The notes beneath the pieces were generated by a model. It was not told the origin of the DNA, ran no database searches, and was given only the letters and a program-made list of their open reading frames with translations. The position numbers and the translations under genes were made by a program. From contig PS015009.1 in assembly GCA_048213135.1 (NCBI GenBank), forward strand, positions 62,001 through 126,000: a stretch of DNA of 64,000 nucleotides, in the 5' to 3' direction. Origin of the DNA: Reclinomonas americana ATCC 50394. Lineage: Eukaryota. Below are positions 49,853 through 58,894 of the stretch, one piece after another (position 1 is the stretch's first letter; every line of letters begins with the position of its first letter).

Positions 49853-50542
49853 ATGAAAAACGTACATAAAATATTACTTGCCGCGTTGTTATGCACTGGC
49901 CTGTATACCACGGGCAGGGCACAATCCAAATACAAGAGCTTCAACCTCACTTCCGATGGCGACACCATCAATGCTGTGAACCAGGCCGGCGACCGGGTTG
50001 GCAAATGGGTGACACGTGTGGAAGAGGTACGCGGCGAACCGGGATATGAAGAAGAAGGCTTGTATGAAAAAGGTAAGAAAGAAGGCATCTGGAGAAAATA
50101 TACATTGGGCGGCGATATTATTGCCGTAGAGTTTTACCGTTTTGGCGGCAAGGACGGCGTACAGCAATACTATACCTTCCTGGGCGACCTGGTAAGGGAA
50201 GAATCCTGGCGCAGTTATAACCCGGATGCGCCTTATGACACCATCCCTGTATATGGCGATGGCAATGGCGAGATCATCGACTACAAGATTGTTAAAGCCG
50301 AGCAGTACAGCGTTAAACACGGCGAATGGAAATACTTCGAACCCGGAACAGGCCGCATCGTTAAAACCGAAACCTACAACCGGGGCCACCTCGAAAAACC
50401 CGGCACACCCACCGCCCAGGTAGTGGCACCTTCCGCTACTGAAAAACCCAAGGAAGTAAAAAAGACCGCTGAAATGCTGGAATGGGAAAAGAAGAACAAG
50501 GGTAAGAAGAAAGCGTGGAGAGACGGAAGGACGGGGATGTAG
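49853..50542 (+). CDS. Exported protein with MORN-like (YwqK-type) repeats
   Basis: Signal peptide; repeats GKKEGIWRKY, GGKDGVQQYY and KHGEWKYF. Confidence 0.7.
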   Translation: MKNVHKILLAALLCTGLYTTGRAQSKYKSFNLTSDGDTINAVNQAGDRVGKWVTRVEEVRGEPGYEEEGLYEKGKKEGIWRKYTLGGDIIAVEFYRFGGKDGVQQYYTFLGDLVREESWRSYNPDAPYDTIPVYGDGNGEIIDYKIVKAEQYSVKHGEWKYFEPGTGRIVKTETYNRGHLEKPGTPTAQVVAPSATEKPKEVKKTAEMLEWEKKNKGKKKAWRDGRTGM

Positions 50543-50559
50543 GATACCGGATGCCGGAC

Positions 50560-50900
50560 GCCGTCGCCTGGTCTCCGATCAGCGACATCTTCGTTCCGAC
50601 GGGTGTCTTCGCGTATACGAGACCCGGTGACAGACAAAGGTTGCCAAAGATGTGAGATAACGGATACCAGGCACGATATGCCGTCGCCCGGTCTCCAACC
50701 AGCGACATCTTCGTTCCGACGGGTGTCTTCGTGTATACGAGACCCCGGTGACAGGCAAAGGTTGCCAAAGATGTGAGATAACGGATACCAGGCACGATAT
50801 GCCGTCGCCCGGTCTCCGACCAGCGACATCTTCGTTCCGACGGGTGTCTTCGCGTAAGCGAGACCCCGGTGACAGGCAAAGGTTGCCAAAGATGCGGATA
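50560..50900 (+). repeat. Tandem array of three ~120-bp structured repeat units
   Basis: Units start at 50560, 50680 and 50801 and are nearly identical. Confidence 0.92.
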
Positions 50901-50955
50901 TAAAAAAAGGACGCACCGTTTCCGGCACATCCTTCATATAACTTATCATTTTATT

Positions 50956-51095
50956 TTACTATACTACCGTCAGCTTTTAGGTTACGGCATCTCCTGTACG
51001 GTTATTGGTGATCTTCACCAGGTAAATACCTCTTTGTAAACCCGGCACTGAATAGTATTACCTGTATTGAGCGGAAGCGTTTTCACAATAATTTC
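50956..51095 (-). pseudogene. Decayed T9SS type A CTD fragment
   Basis: Reads IVKTLPLNTGNTI /frameshift/ SVPGLQRGIYLVKITNNRTGDAVT*KLTVV*, with an internal TAA at 50977-79. Confidence 0.6.
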
Positions 51096-51101
51096 TGCAA
51101 C

Positions 51102-51134
51102 AAAAAAAGCGAGAGCCGTTGCCGACTCTCGCTT
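51102..51134 (-). terminator. Terminator of the M1 peptidase gene
   Basis: AAGCGAGAG/CTCTCGCTT hairpin with a T-tract on the minus strand. Confidence 0.8.
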
Positions 51135-51168
51135 AACAATGTGGTTTTCAACCAGTATTACAATAAAA

Positions 51169-53550
51169 TTATTTTATTTCTTTCTGCATCGGGTTACCGC
51201 TACCGGTAGCGCCGCCACGGGCACCCCCCGTCCTGGTTTTGAATAACTGGAACTTGCTGGGTGTTGCGCCAGCGGTTGGCCAGGTGTTGTTGCCGGTATT
51301 GATGTCGGCAGTTTCCTTCATCGGGTCCAGCTGTATAGAAACCACTTCTTTATCCTTCATGAAGGTTTTCACCACTTTATTTTCATTCCTGCGCCAAACC
51401 TGTACCGGTATCCTGTCCACTTCTTTGGTGCCATCTTTAAATGTCCATTCGATAATGATCGGCATAACCAGGCCACCTTTATTGCTGAAAGTGATCTCGT
51501 ACAGGTTTTTGCTTCCCGCAATATAGAAACGTTCAGCCTGTGTAAAGGTATCAATGGACTGTGCGGGTACATTGATCTCGAAAGGCGTTGAATCTACCTT
51601 GGCCAGGCCACGGTCGTACCTCCAGTAGAAATCACGGAGAGAAGGATCGGCATCTGTTGCGAATACGATCTTTTTATCTTCCCTGTTCCTGATCTTGGAG
51701 ATGTCATCAAATGTATTGAGCTGTGGTTTGGCCACCGGCATTTTACGGGTAGTAGCGGCATTGTTGTTGCCTGCAGTTGCGCTTTCTGTTGACAGTACCG
51801 ACCATTTTACGGTATCGATAGCAATGTCGCAGGGTTCAGTTCCGTAGAACCATCCCCGCCAGAACCAGTCGAGGTCTTCGGCGCTGGCATCTTCCATGGT
51901 GCGGAACAGGTCGGCAGGTGTTGGGTGTTTGAACGCCCACCTGCGGGCATATTCACGGAAAGCGTAGTCAAAAGACTCACGGCCCATGATGGTTTCCCTG
52001 AGGATGTTGAGACCGGTTGCCGGTTTGCTGTACGCGTTAGGGCCAAACTGGATGATGTTCTCACTGTTGGTCATGATCGGCTCCAGCTGGTCTTTCGGCA
52101 GTTTCATATAATCCACGATCTTATAGGCAGGGCCTTTGCTTACAGGGTATTTATTATCCCACAGTTCTTCAGACAGGTATTCTACGAAAGAGTTCAGGCC
52201 TTCATCCATCCAGGTCCACTGGCGTTCGTCGCTGTTGATGATCATGGGGAAGAAATTATGTCCCACTTCGTGGATCACCACACCCAGCATACCGTTCTTA
52301 GTGCCTTCACTGTAGGTACCGTCTTTCTCGCAACGGCCGAAGTTGAAGCAGATCATGGGGTATTCCATACCGTTAGCGGCTTCCAGGCTCTGGGCTACAG
52401 GGTAAGGATAAGGGATGGTAAAATTCGAATACGTTTTAATGGTATGGGCTACGGCCTTGGTGCTGTACTTGCGGTACAGGTTGTAGGCTTCTTTGCCATA
52501 GGCGCTCATACACATTACTTTTTTGCCGGAAACGGTGGTGGGCATAGCGTCCCAAACGAATTTGCGGGAAGAACCCCAGGCAAAATCCCTCACCATATTG
52601 GCTTTGAAGATCCAGGTCTTCTTTTCTTTTGATTTTTGTTTTTCCCTGGCGGTGGCTTCATCCAGTGTAACGATCTCGGTTACATCGGTAGCGGTTTGCG
52701 CTTTCTGCCAGCGGGCGAACTGTGCAGGAGTGAGTACCTGCTGGTAGTTCTGTCCTTCGCCGGTTGACATTACCACGTGATCGGCGGGTACGGTCATGGC
52801 TACTTTAAAGTTGCCGAAAGTAAGGGCGAATTCGCCTGAACCCACAAACTGGTGGTTCTGCCATCCCTGGAAATCGCTGTATACGCAAAGACGGGGATAC
52901 CATTGTGTCATGGTATAGAGGTCGTTGCCGTCTTCGGGGAAGAATTCGAAACCACCACGGCCGCCGAACTTGGTACGTTCGATGATGTTGTAGTTCCAGT
53001 CTACCCTGAAAATGAACTGCTGACCGGGTTTGAGCGGTTGCGGCAGTTCAATGCGCATCATGGTTTTGTTGATGGTATAGTTCAGCAGTTTACCGGCAGC
53101 ATCAGCCACGCGGGTAATGTTATCGCCGTATTCAATGTTCTTTTCTTTCTTCCCGCTGTATGTAACAATGTCCTGTTCGGTGATGGACCGGGGCATGGAG
53201 TTACTGTTCTGGTAACCGGAGTTGTTCACAGAACTGTGCTGGTTCTCGTCGAGTTGCAGCCACAGGTAAGTAAGCACATCGGGGGAGTTGTTGAAATAAG
53301 TGATGGTTTCTTTGCCGATCAGCCTGCGGTTGGGTTCATCCAGTTCGCAGGTGATATCGTAATCACAACGTTGCTGCCAGTACTTGGGGCCGGGGGCGCC
53401 GCTGGCGGTGCGGTACTCGTTGGGCGTAGGCAGAATAGTGCCCAGTTGCTCAAAACGGTTACCATGGTTGCTGCCGGGGTTGTTTTTGATGTCCTGGGCC
53501 ATGGCAGCGGTACCACAGGTCATACAAAGCAGAAGGAAGAGATTTCTCAT
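51169..53550 (-). CDS. M1 family zinc aminopeptidase
   Basis: GMEYP, HEVGH...WMDEG motifs, signal peptide. Start trimmed to MRNLFLL. Confidence 0.93.
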   Translation of the reverse strand: MRNLFLLLCMTCGTAAMAQDIKNNPGSNHGNRFEQLGTILPTPNEYRTASGAPGPKYWQQRCDYDITCELDEPNRRLIGKETITYFNNSPDVLTYLWLQLDENQHSSVNNSGYQNSNSMPRSITEQDIVTYSGKKEKNIEYGDNITRVADAAGKLLNYTINKTMMRIELPQPLKPGQQFIFRVDWNYNIIERTKFGGRGGFEFFPEDGNDLYTMTQWYPRLCVYSDFQGWQNHQFVGSGEFALTFGNFKVAMTVPADHVVMSTGEGQNYQQVLTPAQFARWQKAQTATDVTEIVTLDEATAREKQKSKEKKTWIFKANMVRDFAWGSSRKFVWDAMPTTVSGKKVMCMSAYGKEAYNLYRKYSTKAVAHTIKTYSNFTIPYPYPVAQSLEAANGMEYPMICFNFGRCEKDGTYSEGTKNGMLGVVIHEVGHNFFPMIINSDERQWTWMDEGLNSFVEYLSEELWDNKYPVSKGPAYKIVDYMKLPKDQLEPIMTNSENIIQFGPNAYSKPATGLNILRETIMGRESFDYAFREYARRWAFKHPTPADLFRTMEDASAEDLDWFWRGWFYGTEPCDIAIDTVKWSVLSTESATAGNNNAATTRKMPVAKPQLNTFDDISKIRNREDKKIVFATDADPSLRDFYWRYDRGLAKVDSTPFEINVPAQSIDTFTQAERFYIAGSKNLYEITFSNKGGLVMPIIIEWTFKDGTKEVDRIPVQVWRRNENKVVKTFMKDKEVVSIQLDPMKETADINTGNNTWPTAGATPSKFQLFKTRTGGARGGATGSGNPMQKEIK

Positions 53551-53657
53551 CGCGGTTATTTTTATATCCGTTAAAAATAAATCAAAAGGATGTGCCTGCA
53601 AAAACGTGCGGTTGGAATTTGATGAACGGTTGGAACTTGTCTGTTTTGTACAGGCTA

Positions 53658-54236
53658 CTAAAACGCCCAGCGCTCATATATCATTTTAAATGCCATCATA
53701 ATGCTGATGAAAGACAAAGCGGCCACCCACCACCTGCGGGCAAGGCCCAGTTTATTAACAGCGATATAGCTCAGCAGCAGGATGCCGGCTACCACTATGA
53801 CCTGGCCGGCTTCCAGTCCCAGGTTAAAACTGAACAGCCCCCAGCCAATACTGTCCTCTCCCATTAGTAAAAATCGTATGGTGTTGGCAAAGCCCAGTCC
53901 GTGTATGAGGCCAAAACAAAGGGCGATCAGGTAATTGAAGCGAAGGCCTTTTTTATCGAATTTGTTCTGAAAGAGATTGAAAATACCAGTAACGGCAATG
54001 GTGCAGGGAATAAGAAATTCGACTATGTCGGGTTTGATGCGGATGATATCATATACGCTCAGTGCAAGTGTAAGCGAATGACCAATGGTAAAGGCGGTAA
54101 CCAGCACGAGTACCTGCTTCCAGTCGCTGAGCAGGTAAATGGCCGACAGGGCGATCACGAAAAGGATATGATCCAGGGCATCCCAGCTGATGATGTGATG
54201 CCATCCCATATCAAAATAAATGCTAAAATCACCCAT
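53658..54236 (-). CDS. HupE/UreJ family membrane protein
   Basis: GWHHI...DHILF, TAFTIGHSLTL, FGLIHGLGFA and FNLGLEAGQ motifs. Start trimmed to MGDFSIY. Confidence 0.9.
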   Translation of the reverse strand: MGDFSIYFDMGWHHIISWDALDHILFVIALSAIYLLSDWKQVLVLVTAFTIGHSLTLALSVYDIIRIKPDIVEFLIPCTIAVTGIFNLFQNKFDKKGLRFNYLIALCFGLIHGLGFANTIRFLLMGEDSIGWGLFSFNLGLEAGQVIVVAGILLLSYIAVNKLGLARRWWVAALSFISIMMAFKMIYERWAF

Positions 54237-54319
54237 TGGTAACGGAGTTGGTGGTTTGTGATTAACTTCGTGTTTCAAATATCAACATTCCGTTTCAGAA
54301 TATTTAATACGATTGTCAA

Positions 54320-54826
54320 ATGGCAGGTATCTTATTTAAGTGGTTATGCGCTATCATGATTTTTTCAGCTCCTGCTGTGAAAGAACATCATCCCATTTTT
54401 GTAAGTGTTACAGAGATCGAACACAACAGCGCCGAGAAAACACTTGAGATCAGCTGCAAAATATTTACGGATGATTTTGAAAAAACATTGCGGCAATACA
54501 ATAAAGGCACTATCGACCTGCTTAACCCGAAGTACAAAACAGCCATGTCGCCGCTGGTGAGTAATTATGTGCAGCAACATCTCCAGTTGAAAGTGGATAA
54601 TAAAGCCGCAGCGCTCCAGTTCCTGGGTTATGAACAACAGGAAGAAGGCATCATCAGTTATTTCCAGGTGAACAATGTGGCGGGTTTCAGCAAACTCGAC
54701 ATCACCGACAATATTCTTTTCGATTATAAAAAAGAACAGATCAGTTTACTCCACGTGATCGTAAAAGGAGAAAGAAAAAGTACCAAGCTGGTGAACCCGG
54801 AGGATAAAGTAAGTTTTAGTTATTGA
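54320..54826 (+). CDS. DUF6702-like exported protein
   Basis: Signal peptide followed by HPIFVSVTEI...KIFTDDFE. Confidence 0.75.
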   Translation: MAGILFKWLCAIMIFSAPAVKEHHPIFVSVTEIEHNSAEKTLEISCKIFTDDFEKTLRQYNKGTIDLLNPKYKTAMSPLVSNYVQQHLQLKVDNKAAALQFLGYEQQEEGIISYFQVNNVAGFSKLDITDNILFDYKKEQISLLHVIVKGERKSTKLVNPEDKVSFSY

Positions 54827-54901
54827 TGTGTGGATATGCGGATATGAAAATTTGAAAATATGCAAATGGAAGAAATTCGTAATTAATCATTCGTAATTCA
54901 A

Positions 54902-56197
54902 CTACCCTTCCATCTCTTCCCTTATCTCTTCCGAAGCTTTTACGAGTAACTTATCAATGCGCTGCCCGTCCATATCGATGATCTCGAAATGAAAACCTCT
55001 CCATTCAAAGTTTTCACCGGTATGCGGAATATGTTCCAGTTCGTGTAATACGAAACCAGCCAGTGTATCAAAGTCGTGTTCATCTTCATTCATCCATTCC
55101 GTCTTTTCAAAACGGGCGAGGAAATCATAAAAAGGTATTTGCGCATCTACCAGGAAAGAGCCATCGGGCCTTTCCACGATCTCATACTCATCCTGCCCTG
55201 TCTGTGGTACATCACCTACAATGGCTTCCAGGATATCATTAAGCGTGATCAGTCCTTCCAGTGTGCCGTACTCGTTTACGATAAAGCAACTGTGTATCTT
55301 GGTCTCTTTGAATTTTTCCAGCAACTGGTAAGCCGTATTGTTTTCGGGAACAAACAAAGCCGGTTTCGCCAGGTCTTTCAGCAGGGTGCCGGGCGCCGCC
55401 ATCAGCAGGTCTTTGATGTGTACCGTTCCGCGTATGTTATCGATGGTTTCGTCGCAAACAGGATAGGAAGAATAAATGATGTCCTCCATTTTTTCTTTGA
55501 TCTCCTGCACAGTGGCGTCAGACCTGAACCAGGCAATATCCGTGCGGTGCGTCATCAATGAAGTGATGTTACGGTCGCCCAGGTGGAATATCCTTTCAAT
55601 AATATCTTTCTCTTCTTCTTCAATAGCCCCGTGTTCGCTGCCCTCGGTGATCATGGCTTTGATCTCTTCCTCCGTTACCTGGTTGTCCTTCACTTTTATA
55701 TTCAGGAGTTTTACAATAAGATTGGTGGAGTTGGTCAGCAGCCAGATGAACGGGAACGTGATCCTGCTCAGCCAGCTCATGGGTTGCGCAAAGCTTTTGG
55801 CGATGGCTTCCGGCCGGGCCAGGCCGATCCTTTTGGGTACCAGTTCGCCCAGCACGAGTGAAAAATAAGTGATGATCACTACGATCACCGCGGTGGCAAT
55901 ACCATTGCTGTAGGGCCTGGACCAGTCGTACCGGCTGAAGAATTCAATAATGGGCGCTTTCAATTTTTCGCCGGAAAAAATACCGGTGAGGATGCCGATA
56001 AGCGTGATGCCCACCTGTACAGTAGAGAGGAACACATCCGGGTGATTGGCCAGTTTCAGCGCCGCTTTGGCTTTTTCATCGCCTTTATTGGCCTGGGCTT
56101 CCAGCCGGGCTTTACGGGCTGATACAAGGGCGATCTCGGCCATGGAAAAAATGCCATTGATGAGGATAAGGCCGAGTATGATAAATATCTCTGTCAA
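54902..56197 (-). CDS. HlyC/CorC (CNNM + CBS) family transporter
   Basis: FSMAEIAL, LSTVQVGIT, GELVPK, tandem CBS domains, CorC_HlyC C-terminus. Confidence 0.93.
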   Translation of the reverse strand: MTEIFIILGLILINGIFSMAEIALVSARKARLEAQANKGDEKAKAALKLANHPDVFLSTVQVGITLIGILTGIFSGEKLKAPIIEFFSRYDWSRPYSNGIATAVIVVIITYFSLVLGELVPKRIGLARPEAIAKSFAQPMSWLSRITFPFIWLLTNSTNLIVKLLNIKVKDNQVTEEEIKAMITEGSEHGAIEEEEKDIIERIFHLGDRNITSLMTHRTDIAWFRSDATVQEIKEKMEDIIYSSYPVCDETIDNIRGTVHIKDLLMAAPGTLLKDLAKPALFVPENNTAYQLLEKFKETKIHSCFIVNEYGTLEGLITLNDILEAIVGDVPQTGQDEYEIVERPDGSFLVDAQIPFYDFLARFEKTEWMNEDEHDFDTLAGFVLHELEHIPHTGENFEWRGFHFEIIDMDGQRIDKLLVKASEEIREEMEG

Positions 56198-56206
56198 GTA
56201 TATATA

Positions 56207-56770
56207 TTATTGTAAGGAATACTGCCGGTTAAAGGCTTTGCCGGACAAATATCCGACACAAATTCCAATTATGGCACCGCAGGTGATATCAAGTGGATAA
56301 TGTACCCCCACATATACCTGGGCGAAAGAGATGCCGAAAGCCCACACAAAGAACAATACAGGCCAGCCTTTGAAGCGTTCTCTCAGGGTCAGGTATATAT
56401 AAGTGGCCAATCCAAAGTGTGTGGTGGCGTGGGATGAGGTAAAACTGGAGCTCTGCGGGCGGTAACCCACCAGTACCCTTACCCAGTCCGCAATAGCGGG
56501 TTCGTTGCAGGGGCGCAGGCGGATAACATTATGTTTGATGAGGCTGCTGCTGACAAAATCGGTGAGCATGGCCGTACCGGCAGCCAGCAATACCCACCAG
56601 AAACCGGTTTTGCGGTAGTTGATGGTAACCAGCAGTAGTAAAAAAAGATACAGCGGCATCCATACATTGGAGTTGCGCAACCAGGGCATCAGCCAGTCGA
56701 AAAAATTGTTGTGCCATTCATAATTGACCAGGCGGAAAAGATACTTGTCGAAACCAAGAAGCTGCTGCAT
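56207..56770 (-). CDS. PAP2 family membrane phosphatase
   Basis: K...RLRP, SFTSSHA and QVYVGVHYPLD motifs. Confidence 0.9.
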   Translation of the reverse strand: MQQLLGFDKYLFRLVNYEWHNNFFDWLMPWLRNSNVWMPLYLFLLLLVTINYRKTGFWWVLLAAGTAMLTDFVSSSLIKHNVIRLRPCNEPAIADWVRVLVGYRPQSSSFTSSHATTHFGLATYIYLTLRERFKGWPVLFFVWAFGISFAQVYVGVHYPLDITCGAIIGICVGYLSGKAFNRQYSLQ

Positions 56771-56828
56771 GAATTAACTGTTCCTTCAAAAATAATTAAA
56801 CTAATTTAGCAGTCGTTAAAATTATTGC

Positions 56829-58811
56829 ATGGCATTCCTCCAGCGTATTCCCCGCACATTAAGATGGATACTGTCAGTGGTATTGATATTACTGGCATTG
56901 ATGACCCTTTTCAGGCTGGGGTTTTACTGGAAATACAACCCGCCTGGCAAAGCATTCTCCGGCTCCGCGTTTATACTGGGGCTGCGCTATGATGCCCGCA
57001 TCGCCTGCATTGCGGGTGTGGTAATGCTGCTGCTCTGTGCTATCCCTTTTCTCAATCCCTTCCGCAACCCGAAAGCTTCAACTTTCTGGAATATCCTGTT
57101 ACCGCTGGCTATGCTGGTACTGGTGATCGTATACGCGGCGGATTATTACCATTTCGATTACCTGCACCAGCGGCTGAACGCGACCGTGCTCAATTACCTG
57201 CAGGATGCGCAGATCTCTTTCGGGATGATGTGGCAAACCTACCCGCTGGTGAAGATCAGCATCGGCATCATCATCCTGCTGATCCTGTCTGCCTGGTTCT
57301 TTAAGAAATTATTATCCCGTTACCGGCAAAAGCTGCCCTCACCCCGTAAGATGATCGGCGCTTATATACTGGTGTTCCTGCTGTTCGGCTTTTGCATCGT
57401 GGGCAGGGTGATCTATAAAACGGGCCAGTTCCCTTTACGCTGGAGCGATGCTTATTCTTTAAGCGACGATTTCAAAGCCAACCTTGCCCTCAATCCTTTT
57501 CAGAGTTTTTTCAGCAGTCTCAAGTTCCGGAATTCAGGTTTCAATATTAAAGAAGTTAAAGCAGGCTACCCGCTGATGTCGGCCTATCTTGGTGTACAGC
57601 AACCCGACAGTGCAAAACTCACATTCGACAGGTTCACCAGCTTTCCGCAGGGTAATACCCCACCCAATGTGGTACTGGTCATCTGCGAAAGTTTCAGCGC
57701 CTATAAAAGCAGCATGTACGGCAACCCGCTCAACACCACGCCTTTCTTTAATGAGCTATGCAGCCAGGGCGTGTTCTTCGACAGGTGCTTTACACCTTCT
57801 TATGGCACCGCCAGGGGTGTATGGGCTACCGTTACCGGCGTACCTGATGTGGAAAGCCCGAAAACAGCCAGCCGCAATCCCAATGCGGTGGATCAGCAAT
57901 GCATCATCAACAGCTTTTCAGGATTATCCAAATATTATTTCCTGGGTGGCAGCGCTGCCTGGGCCAATATCAGGGGATTGCTCACCAATAATATTTCCGG
58001 GCTGCAACTCTATGAGCAGGAGAAGTATAAAGCGCAGACGATTGACGTGTGGGGCATCAGCGATAAAAACCTTTTCCTGGAAGCCAACAATGTGCTGAAG
58101 CAGGAAACCAAGCCCTTCTTTGCTGTAATACAGACGGCCGACAACCACCGCCCTTATACCATCCCTACTGAAGACCTGACGGAATTTAAAAAAGTAAGCA
58201 TACCGCAGGACAGCCTGTTGCGCTATGGTTTTGAGAACAACGACGAACTGAACGCCTTCCGTTATACCGATTTCTGTTTCCGCAAATTCATGGAGGCGGC
58301 GAAGAAAGAAAAATATTTCAGCAACACCCTCTTTGTTTTTGTTGGCGACCATGGCATCAAAGGCAATGCAGGCGATATGTTCCCGCGGAGCTGGACGCAG
58401 CAAAGCCTCACTTCCGAGCATGTGCCGCTGCTGTTCTATGCACCCGGATTGTTACAACCCCGCCGTGTTTCTACCGTATGCTCGCAGCTGGATGTGCTGC
58501 CTTCCATAGCCGGGGTTACCCGCACCAGTTTCCGCAATACAGCCATGGGCAGGAACCTGTTCGACAGCAGCCATAACGAACATTTTGCTTTTATCTTCGA
58601 CCCCGACCTGGCCACCATCGGGCTGGTGGGCGAACAATATTATTATATCCGCAATCTTAAATCGGGAAAAAAAGAACTGGTGTCCGTTACCGGCAACGAA
58701 CCGCTTATTCCCGGCCCGCAAAGCGACAGCGCCCGCAACAGGTATGAATCGCTGACCAACGCCTGGTACGAAACGGCCAAATATCTCTTACTGAACAATA
58801 AGAAGCAATAA
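56829..58811 (+). CDS. LTA synthase family membrane sulfatase/phosphoglycerol transferase
   Basis: N-terminal TMs, NVVLVICESF, GTARG catalytic Thr, GDHG and SQLDVLPS motifs. Confidence 0.9.
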   Translation: MAFLQRIPRTLRWILSVVLILLALMTLFRLGFYWKYNPPGKAFSGSAFILGLRYDARIACIAGVVMLLLCAIPFLNPFRNPKASTFWNILLPLAMLVLVIVYAADYYHFDYLHQRLNATVLNYLQDAQISFGMMWQTYPLVKISIGIIILLILSAWFFKKLLSRYRQKLPSPRKMIGAYILVFLLFGFCIVGRVIYKTGQFPLRWSDAYSLSDDFKANLALNPFQSFFSSLKFRNSGFNIKEVKAGYPLMSAYLGVQQPDSAKLTFDRFTSFPQGNTPPNVVLVICESFSAYKSSMYGNPLNTTPFFNELCSQGVFFDRCFTPSYGTARGVWATVTGVPDVESPKTASRNPNAVDQQCIINSFSGLSKYYFLGGSAAWANIRGLLTNNISGLQLYEQEKYKAQTIDVWGISDKNLFLEANNVLKQETKPFFAVIQTADNHRPYTIPTEDLTEFKKVSIPQDSLLRYGFENNDELNAFRYTDFCFRKFMEAAKKEKYFSNTLFVFVGDHGIKGNAGDMFPRSWTQQSLTSEHVPLLFYAPGLLQPRRVSTVCSQLDVLPSIAGVTRTSFRNTAMGRNLFDSSHNEHFAFIFDPDLATIGLVGEQYYYIRNLKSGKKELVSVTGNEPLIPGPQSDSARNRYESLTNAWYETAKYLLLNNKKQ

Positions 58812-58894
58812 CCGCACAACAGGGTAATTCGTAATTAGTAATTCGTAATTGCTATATTCGCTTTCTTTTTACAAGCAAAGGAAAATACCCAGGC

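Noticed and set aside
50560-50900. Possible CRISPR array
   Set aside because: Units are near-identical along their whole length, with no unique spacers and no cas genes.
50374-50949. ORFs 50374..50949 and 50436..50930 with repeated peptides, and the N-terminal extension of gatC from 40037
   Set aside because: They are translations of the non-coding 120-bp repeat.
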